Source of the DNA: an uncultured virus (IMG/VR IMGVR_UViG_3300027631_000012)
Lineage: Duplodnaviria; Heunggongvirae; Uroviricota; Caudoviricetes
Strand: one strand, 5' to 3'
IMG/VR virus record: IMGVR_UViG_3300027631_000012
Length of the DNA: 20,000 bases
Below, one piece after another: positions 9,601 through 14,743 of the stretch. The notes beneath the pieces were generated by a model that had not been told where the DNA came from, searched no databases, and worked only from the letters and a program-made list of their open reading frames with translations. The first letter of the stretch is position 1. Every line of letters starts with the position of its first letter. Position numbers and translations under genes: made by a program.

Positions 9601-12600
9601 AAGTGGATCTTCAGGATCAAGTGGATCTTCAGGATCAAGTGGATCTTCAGGATCAAGTGGATCAAGTGGCTCTTCTGGTACATCAGGATCAAGTGGTACA
9701 AGTGGATCGTCTGGATCAAGTGGTAGTTCAGGATCATCTGGATCTAGTGGTAGTTCAGGTAGTTCGGGATCATCAGGTACAAGTGGTTCTTCAGGATCAA
9801 GCGGATCTTCGGGATCAAGTGGCTCTTCAGGGTCATCAGGATCAAGTGGCTCTTCTGGTACATCAGGTAAAGCAGGATCAAGTGGCACTAGTGGTTCTTC
9901 AGGATCAAGCGGTACTTCAGGATCATCTGGATCTAGTGGATCATCAGGTAGTTCGGGATCATCAGGTTCATCCGGAAGTTCAGGTACAAGTGGATCATCT
10001 GGTACATCCGGATCAAGTGGCTCTTCAGGATCTAGTGGTTCTTCCGGCTCTTCAGGATCTAGTGGTACCTCAGGTAGTTCAGGATCTAGTGGTTCTTCCG
10101 GCTCTTCAGGATCTAGTGGATCATCAGGATCAAGTGGATCATCTGGTAGTTCAGGTACAAGTGGATCATCCGGATCAAGTGGATCTTCGGGATCAAGTGG
10201 TAGTTCAGGATCTAGCGGATCTTCTGGGTCATCAGGATCAAGTGGTACTTCAGGAGTAAATGGAGCAACTACAGGAGCTTGTGGTCTTTGGAATTTATCA
10301 AATAATAATCCACCATTAACAGGTGAAGTTAATTCAAACCTTGGTAATGTAATGTCCGCTTCGGTTACTACTATGAGATTGTATGATGTTGACGCATCTA
10401 CTACAAACTGGGCTACATTCTTCGCTACATTAACTATTGGTTCTGTTATAACTGCTGTGTCTAGTGCAAATCCTCTTAATACATGGACATTTACAATAAC
10501 ATCAATAGGTGATAGTGGATTGTTCTATACTTTTGGAGTTAGTAATATTAACTCAACAGGAGCTGTTTCACAAGTTGGTGGACCAGTTAGGTTATGTTTC
10601 AATATTTTTGGATCTTCAGGATCAAGTGGTAGTTCAGGTACATCGGGTAAGTCAGGATCTTCGGGCACAAGTGGATCATCGGGATCTTCAGGTACAAGTG
10701 GATCATCAGGATCAAGTGGATCTTCAGGGTCATCAGGATCTTCCGGATCTAGTGGATCTTCAGGATCTAGTGGTACAAGTGGATCATCAGGATCAAGTGG
10801 ATCTTCAGGTTCATCAGGATCTTCCGGTACATCAGGATCTTCAGGATCTTCCGGATCTTCAGGATCTTCAGGATCTTCCGGTACATCAGGATCAAGTGGA
10901 TCTTCGGGGTCTTCAGGATCTAGTGGTACAAGTGGATCATCAGGATCAAGTGGATCATCAGGATCTAGTGGTAGTTCGGGATCAAGCGGATCTTCCGGTA
11001 CATCAGGTAAATCAGGATCAAGTGGTACATCAGGATCAAGTGGATCTTCGGGTACATCAGGATCAAGTGGATCTTCCGGATCATCAGGATCAAGTGGATC
11101 TTCAGGATCATCAGGATCATCAGGATCATCAGGATCATCAGGATCAAGTGGATCTTCCGGATCATCAGGTACAAGTGGATCAGCTGGTGTGTCTGGTAAT
11201 GATGGTTCTAATAGTGGTAGATGGTATTTTAATAGTGGTGTCACTGCACACGGAGATCCTACTACTACTAAATTTGATACCGATTCTACGACAATTTCAG
11301 CAATTGGTAAAATTAGTATTCATAACGATAATATAAATAGTGTATCTTATGTCTCTTGGTTTAATGCTTTAGTTTCTGCTACAACTGTAGGTACCGTTTA
11401 TTTACAATTATATGAAGTTCGTAATAGTAGTATCTTAGGAGTATGGGCTGTTCTATCTGCTAGTACTACAGCTTATGGTATTAATTTAGCTGTTCCTGCG
11501 GCTTTGGCATCAAATGGTATATTGACTAATGGTAACACTTATACTATATCTTGGTCTTTTAGTGGGAATAGTGGATCTAGTGGATCATCGGGTACTTCTG
11601 GCAAGTCAGGATCAAGTGGTACTTCAGGATCTTCAGGATCAAGTGGTACTTCAGGATCAAGTGGATCATCAGGATCAAGTGGATCTTCAGGATCTTCAGG
11701 ATCTTCAGGATCAAGTGGATCAAGTGGATCATCAGGAACAAGTGGTGTTAGTGGCGCATCTGGTACGTCAGGTGTGTCTGGATCAAGTGGATCATCAGGT
11801 ACTTCCGGTTCTTCAGGATCAAGTGGCTCTTCCGGATCATCAGGATCAAGTGGTACATCGGGTAAAGCTGGATCATCAGGATCAAGCGGTACATCAGGTA
11901 GTTCGGGATCAAGTGGATCATCAGGATCAAGCGGATCAAGCGGTACATCAGGTAGTTCAGGATCCAGTGGATCTTCGGGATCAAGTGGATCAAGTGGATC
12001 ATCAGGATCAAGCGGATCAAGCGGTACATCAGGTAGTTCAGGATCCAGTGGATCTTCGGGATCAAGTGGATCAAGTGGTTCTTCGGGATCATCAGGATCA
12101 AGTGGTACCTCAGGATTAAGTGGTTCTTCGGGATCTTCGGGATCTTCGGGATCATCAGGATCAAGTGGTTCTTCGGGATCTTCAGGATCAAGTGGTACAT
12201 CAGGTAAAGCTGGATCATCAGGATCAAGTGGTACCTCAGGATCAAGTGGATCAAGTGGTTCTTCGGGATCATCAGGATCAAGTGGCACCTCAGGATCAAG
12301 TGGATCTTCAGGATCAAGTGGATCAAGTGGATCTTCGGGATCTTCAGGTTCTTCTGGATCTTCGGGTTCAAGTGGTACATCAGGTAGATCTGGATCATCA
12401 GGATCAAGTGGTACCTCAGGATCAAGTGGATCAAGTGGTTCTTCGGGATCTTCAGGATCAAGTGGTACATCAGGTAGTTCAGGATCTTCCGGATCAAGTG
12501 GATCATCGGGATCAAGTGGTTCTTCAGGATCAAGTGGCTCTTCAGGTACAAGTGGTTTAAGCGGTAGGCAACAATTATATGTTGGATCTGTTCCTCCTCC

Positions 12601-13522
12601 AGGTCCATACCCAGGACCATTTGCTGTTAATGACCTTTACATTGATACAGCAGCAAATCGTGTGTATCAGTATAATGGTGCTACCTGGATCACAATATCA
12701 TCATTCACCGGATCAAGTGGATCATCCGGATCAAGTGGTTCTTCGGGATCATCAGGATCAAGTGGTACATCAGGTAAAGCTGGATCATCAGGATCTTCAG
12801 GTAGTTCTGGATCTTCGGGATCTTCAGGATCTAGTGGATCTGCTGGTACATCAGGTACTTCTCCAGCTGGTGGTGGTACTACATTAAATAACAATACTAA
12901 TAATTATATTGTTACAATGACCGGTACAGCTAGTAATTTAGATGGTGAGTCTGATTTACGATTTGATGGTGAAACATTATACCAACAAGTGCCTGCTGGT
13001 ACTATAGCTACTACACCTCTCGGTGGTATTACAAGTAATATTAATAGTACTCTTTTTACAGCTTCAAGTAAATATCCAGGCGTTCCACGTTTTACTGGAG
13101 AAGTAATCTATGCTGAAAATATAGGTGGTCCTACAATTACCCGTGGTGAAGTTTGTTATTGGAGTTATAATGCTACTAGTTTTGGATTTAAAGCGACTGA
13201 TATTAATATTATTCAGAGTACATTTATGTTAGGAGTCGCTCTTGAAGATGTTAATGGTGGTGCTTTTGGTGATTTCCTACTTAAAGGTTTTGTCTCTCTT
13301 CCTGCTAGCGTTGTCGACCTTGGTGGTGGTGGTGGTACTGATGGTGAACCTCTATATCTTACTTTGACTGTTGGTGCTGTGTCTAACGCCAATAGATGGG
13401 GTGGTACACCGGGTAATCATTACTATAGATGTATTGGTTATCTTGTAACTCAACTTGTTAGTATAAGTGGATCTACCTATCATGTTATAAGATTCGACCC
13501 AAGTACAGATTATATATTGTAA
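3653..13522 (+). CDS. 3289-aa giant Gly-Ser-Ser/Gly-Thr-Ser collagen-like repeat protein with globular domains; putative head or tail fibre glycoprotein
   Basis: ATG at 3653, TAA at 13520-13522. Unique N-terminus (~67 aa), long Gly-X-Y run 3854-10261, domains at ~10262-10610, ~11190-11570 and ~12565-12708, and a C-terminal region ~12868-13519 beginning NNNTNNYIVTMTGTASNLDGESDLRFDG, a motif type I associate with phage fibre proteins. No signal peptide or membrane anchor is visible. Confidence 0.9.
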   Translation: MSKYIISNSDGVEFITGTGPNNKGLNIPVVANATTHTTSGIETGAVIFDDLTKQIFRFTGTAWLSGAGTSGTSGTSGTSGSSGSSGSSGSSGSSGSSGTSGKDGSSGTSGSSGSSGSSGSSGTSGSSGSSGTSGSSGSSGSSGSSGSSGSSGTSGSSGSSGSSGSSGSSGSSGSSGTSGKAGSSGTSGSSGSSGTSGSSGSSGSSGSSGTSGSSGSSGSSGSSGSSGSSGSSGSSGSSGTSGSSGSSGSSGSSGSSGTSGSSGSSGTSGSSGSSGSSGSSGSSGSSGSSGTSGSSGSSGSSGSSGSSGTSGSSGTSGSSGSSGSSGTSGSSGSSGSSGSSGSSGTSGSSGSSGTSGSSGSSGSSGSSGTSGKAGSSGTSGSSGSSGSSGTSGSSGSSGSSGTSGSSGSSGSSGSSGSSGSSGTSGSSGTSGSSGSSGTSGSSGSSGSSGSSGTSGSSGSSGSSGSSGTSGSSGTSGSSGSSGSSGSSGSSGSSGTSGSSGSSGSSGSSGTSGSSGSSGSSGSSGTSGSSGSSGTSGKAGSSGTSGSSGSSGTSGSSGSSGSSGTSGSSGSSGSSGSSGSSGSSGTSGSSGSSGSSGSSGSSGTSGSSGSSGTSGSSGSSGSSGSSGSSGTSGSSGSSGSSGTSGSSGSSGSSGSSGTSGSSGSSGSSGTSGSSGSSGSSGSSGTSGSSGSSGSSGSSGTSGSSGSSGSSGSSGSSGTSGSSGSSGTSGSSGSSGSSGSSGSSGTSGSSGSSGSSGSSGSSGSSGSSGSSGSSGTSGSSGTSGSSGSSGSSGSSGSSGSSGTSGKAGSSGTSGSSGTSGSSGSSGSSGSSGTSGSSGSSGSSGSSGTSGSSGSSGTSGSSGTSGSSGSSGTSGSSGSSGSSGSSGSSGTSGSSGSSGSSGSSGSSGSSGSSGSSGSSGSSGTSGSSGSSGTSGSSGSSGSSGSSGTSGSSGSSGSSGSSGTSGSSGSSGTSGSSGTSGSSGSSGSSGSSGSSGTSGSSGTSGKAGSSGTSGSSGSSGSSGSSGSSGTSGSSGSSGSSGSSGTSGSSGSSGSSGSSGTSGSSGSSGSSGSSGTSGSSGSSGSSGSSGTSGSSGSSGSSGSSGSSGSSGSSGSSGTSGKAGSSGTSGSSGTSGSSGSSGSSGSSGSSGSSGSSGSSGTSGSSGSSGSSGSSGTSGSSGSSGSSGSSGTSGSSGSSGTSGSSGTSGSSGSSGSSGSSGSSGSSGSSGSSGTAGSSGSSGSSGSSGSSGTSGSSGSSGSSGSSGSSGTSGSSGSSGSSGSSGSSGSSGSSGSSGSSGTSGKAGSSGTSGSSGSSGTSGSSGSSGTSGSSGSSGSSGSSGSSGTSGSSGSSGSSGSSGSSGTSGSSGSSGSSGSSGSSGSSGSSGSSGTSGSSGTSGKAGSSGTSGSSGSSGSSGSSGSSGSSGSSGSSGTSGSSGSSGTSGSSGSSGSSGSSGSSGTSGSSGSSGSSGSSGSSGSSGTSGSSGSSGTSGSSGSSGSSGSSGTSGSSGSSGSSGSSGSSGTSGSSGSSGSSGSSGSSGSSGTSGSSGSSGTSGSSGSSGSSGSSGSSGSSGSSGSSGSSGTSGKAGSSGTSGSSGSSGTSGSSGSSGSSGSSGSSGTSGSSGSSGSSGSSGSSGSSGTSGSSGSSGSSGSSGSSGSSGSSGSSGSSGSSGTSGSSGTSGSSGSSGSSGSSGSSGSSGSSGTSGKAGSSGTSGSSGSSGTSGSSGSSGSSGSSGSSGSSGSSGSSGTSGSSGSSGSSGSSGTSGSSGSSGSSGSSGSSGTSGSSGSSGSSGSSGSSGTSGSSGSSGSSGSSGSSGSSGSSGSSGSSGSSGTSGSSGSSGSSGSSGSSGTSGSSGSSGTSGSSGSSGSSGSSGSSGSSGSSGSSGSSGTSGKAGSSGTSGSSGSSGTSGSSGSSGSSGSSGSSGTSGSSGSSGSSGSSGSSGSSGSSGSSGSSGTSGRDGSSGTSGSSGSSGTSGSSGSSGSSGSSGSSGTSGSSGSSGSSGSSGSSGSSGSSGSSGTSGSSGTSGSSGSSGSSGSSGSSGSSGSSGSSGTSGSSGSSGSSGSSGSSGSSGSSGSSGTSGKAGSSGTSGSSGSSGTSGSSGSSGSSGSSGSSGSSGSSGTSGSSGTSGSSGSSGSSGSSGSSGSSGTSGSSGSSGSSGSSGSSGSSGSSGSSGSSGTSGSSGSSGSSGSSGSSGSSGSSGSSGSSGTSGVNGATTGACGLWNLSNNNPPLTGEVNSNLGNVMSASVTTMRLYDVDASTTNWATFFATLTIGSVITAVSSANPLNTWTFTITSIGDSGLFYTFGVSNINSTGAVSQVGGPVRLCFNIFGSSGSSGSSGTSGKSGSSGTSGSSGSSGTSGSSGSSGSSGSSGSSGSSGSSGSSGTSGSSGSSGSSGSSGSSGTSGSSGSSGSSGSSGSSGTSGSSGSSGSSGSSGTSGSSGSSGSSGSSGSSGSSGSSGTSGKSGSSGTSGSSGSSGTSGSSGSSGSSGSSGSSGSSGSSGSSGSSGSSGSSGSSGTSGSAGVSGNDGSNSGRWYFNSGVTAHGDPTTTKFDTDSTTISAIGKISIHNDNINSVSYVSWFNALVSATTVGTVYLQLYEVRNSSILGVWAVLSASTTAYGINLAVPAALASNGILTNGNTYTISWSFSGNSGSSGSSGTSGKSGSSGTSGSSGSSGTSGSSGSSGSSGSSGSSGSSGSSGSSGSSGTSGVSGASGTSGVSGSSGSSGTSGSSGSSGSSGSSGSSGTSGKAGSSGSSGTSGSSGSSGSSGSSGSSGTSGSSGSSGSSGSSGSSGSSGSSGSSGTSGSSGSSGSSGSSGSSGSSGSSGSSGTSGLSGSSGSSGSSGSSGSSGSSGSSGSSGTSGKAGSSGSSGTSGSSGSSGSSGSSGSSGTSGSSGSSGSSGSSGSSGSSGSSGSSGSSGTSGRSGSSGSSGTSGSSGSSGSSGSSGSSGTSGSSGSSGSSGSSGSSGSSGSSGSSGTSGLSGRQQLYVGSVPPPGPYPGPFAVNDLYIDTAANRVYQYNGATWITISSFTGSSGSSGSSGSSGSSGSSGTSGKAGSSGSSGSSGSSGSSGSSGSAGTSGTSPAGGGTTLNNNTNNYIVTMTGTASNLDGESDLRFDGETLYQQVPAGTIATTPLGGITSNINSTLFTASSKYPGVPRFTGEVIYAENIGGPTITRGEVCYWSYNATSFGFKATDINIIQSTFMLGVALEDVNGGAFGDFLLKGFVSLPASVVDLGGGGGTDGEPLYLTLTVGAVSNANRWGGTPGNHYYRCIGYLVTQLVSISGSTYHVIRFDPSTDYIL
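3854..10261 (+). repeat. ~711 in-register Gly-X-Y triplets (9-nt degenerate tandem repeat)
   Basis: Gly codons checked at 3854, 4187, 4763, 5258, 6059, 6653, 6995, 7535, 7823, 8381, 8741, 9299, 9866 and 10253 all share the same position modulo 9; (10253-3854)/9 = 711. Further blocks at ~10611-11190, ~11570-12560 and ~12710-12860. Confidence 0.95.
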
Positions 13523-13529
13523 AAAAATA

Positions 13530-13565
13530 AATTATGAGTGTGGTTAAATAATCACACTCATAATT
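13530..13565. terminator. Intergenic hairpin; possible terminator (U-tract on the minus strand) or RNA stability element
   Basis: aattatgagtgtggtta (13530-13546) pairs with taatcacactcataatt (13549-13565) with one G-U pair. The A run at 13521-13527 gives a U tract for minus-strand transcripts; the plus strand has no good U tract. Confidence 0.6.
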
Positions 13566-13584
13566 ATAAAAACATAGATTATAG

Positions 13585-13995
13585 ATGCCTACATATTATA
13601 ATGGAAAAGAAATAACATCTACTAGTAAATTGAGTGGATTAAGTTTAGTTGGTAGATCATCTATTACTATAGGTGGAAAAGTGACTACTCTATCAACGCC
13701 TCCTCCCCCTTCTCCTGAGATGAGTGTTTATGGAGATTCTAGTGGTGCTTCTGGGTATCCGGATCCTGGTACTGCTTGTATGTTTGGTGCTGGTGGAACC
13801 CCTTTACGAGTTTTTGTTAAGGATAATGGTGATGGTAGTTTCTCTTTATTTAAAGATAAGGCATTTACAATTCCTATAGGCCCTGGTTGGTGGTGGTCGG
13901 ACGATACTAGTAATATTGGTGGTGGTGCTAGTCCAGAAGGTTCTCCTTCCTTAGTGGATCCAAGTGGTCTTGTAGTGATGATTTCGAGATGTTGA
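13585..13995 (+). CDS. Hypothetical 136-aa Gly/Ser/Pro-rich protein, possibly a fibre-associated virion protein
   Basis: ATG start and TGA stop, fills the gap after the fibre gene, with an N-terminal segment, a PPPPSP linker and a small domain containing GPGWWWS. No family recognised. Confidence 0.7.
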   Translation: MPTYYNGKEITSTSKLSGLSLVGRSSITIGGKVTTLSTPPPPSPEMSVYGDSSGASGYPDPGTACMFGAGGTPLRVFVKDNGDGSFSLFKDKAFTIPIGPGWWWSDDTSNIGGGASPEGSPSLVDPSGLVVMISRC

Positions 13996-14002
13996 TGATA
14001 AA

Positions 14003-14743
14003 CTATGGTGTAGCTACACCTCTTTTAGAAACAACTATTGAAGCCATTTCATTGGCATAAATAATAGAAGTCTTAATATCACCAGTTTCTAAATACTTTA
14101 AGATAAATGCTGATGTAAATGTATCTCCAGCTCCACTAACATCTATAGTTTCTTGTGGATTCGGACTAGGATAAACTTCATCATTGAATTTAGTTCCCTT
14201 ACTTCCTAAAGTAACTAATATATTTTTACACTCCAATAAATCAGAATTATGTAAAGACTCTTTCTCATTCAATTTCACAAAAGTAAAACTATTGACTATC
14301 TCTTTACTTAATTTTCTCTTAGAATCTAATATAGATATCTTTGAGTTTTTACCTATTATTAGTAAATCATCATTAGTCATAAATCCTTTATCATAATCAC
14401 TTACAATAACAATATTAAAATGACCTAATTCCTCCACTCTCTCACCAATTAATTCTACTTTAGATATATTTGATTCACCATCATCTAATCTAAGAAACAT
14501 ATGATTACTTTTCTTTTCAACAAATCTAGTTTTAGTTATAATTTCATCTTGATACCAATGAGCTACTAAACTATCACTTTTCATAGCTAAAATGTTTCTA
14601 ACAACATTACCAGCCATTCCATCATTTTCAACTATTTCTATAGGATTCAAAACAGGTACTGGTGCTTCTGGGCTAAACCTAGAAACATCACAATACATAA
14701 ATCTATCTATACACTTTTCCCCTATTACTAAAATCTTAAACAT
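14003..14743 (-). CDS. hldE: Stand-alone D-glycero-beta-D-manno-heptose-7-phosphate kinase (HldE/RfaE domain I, HldA-like; PfkB/ribokinase family)
   Basis: HldE-type N-terminus ILVIGE..IDRFMY..VSRFSPEAPVPVL...GMAGNV..N, then ITKTRFV, VIVSDYDKG, KLNEKE, LVTLGSKG and the PfkB signature DVSGAGDTF; C-terminal A..VV.KRGVAT. No adenylyltransferase domain. Confidence 0.88.
   Translation of the reverse strand: MFKILVIGEKCIDRFMYCDVSRFSPEAPVPVLNPIEIVENDGMAGNVVRNILAMKSDSLVAHWYQDEIITKTRFVEKKSNHMFLRLDDGESNISKVELIGERVEELGHFNIVIVSDYDKGFMTNDDLLIIGKNSKISILDSKRKLSKEIVNSFTFVKLNEKESLHNSDLLECKNILVTLGSKGTKFNDEVYPSPNPQETIDVSGAGDTFTSAFILKYLETGDIKTSIIYANEMASIVVSKRGVATP

Noticed and set aside
3625..9888. 2087-aa antisense Pro/Leu/Asp/Glu ORF, and similar ORFs at 1942-2238, 10525-11244, 11539-12288 and 12667-12894
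   Set aside because: Shadow frame: reverse complements of N+GG, N+TC, N+AG and N+AC give Pro, Asp/Glu, Leu and Val and can never be stops. Fully explained by the Gly/Ser/Thr sense frame.
3849..10259. 2136-aa +1-frame Gln/Val/Asp/His ORF, and similar ORFs at 15-1682, 2016-2438, 10509-11336 and 11529-12887
   Set aside because: A stop in this frame needs xTA or xTG sense codons, which Gly/Ser/Thr repeats lack. These ORFs mostly end soon after unique sequence begins, whereas the Gly-Ser frame continues through the globular domains.
912..12620. Many short minus-strand MILMIHL-type ORFs
   Set aside because: Third antisense shadow frame of the repeat, with low complexity and no independent signals.
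2..12860. CRISPR array or non-coding satellite
   Set aside because: There is no constant repeat with unique spacers. Variation is concentrated at synonymous positions with 9-nt periodicity, so the repeat is protein-coding.
3653..13522. Bacterial serine-rich repeat adhesin, autotransporter or ice-nucleation protein
   Set aside because: No signal peptide, LPXTG anchor, beta-barrel or accessory Sec genes. The periodicity is a strict Gly triplet, not S-X dipeptides or 8/16-residue ice-nucleation repeats.
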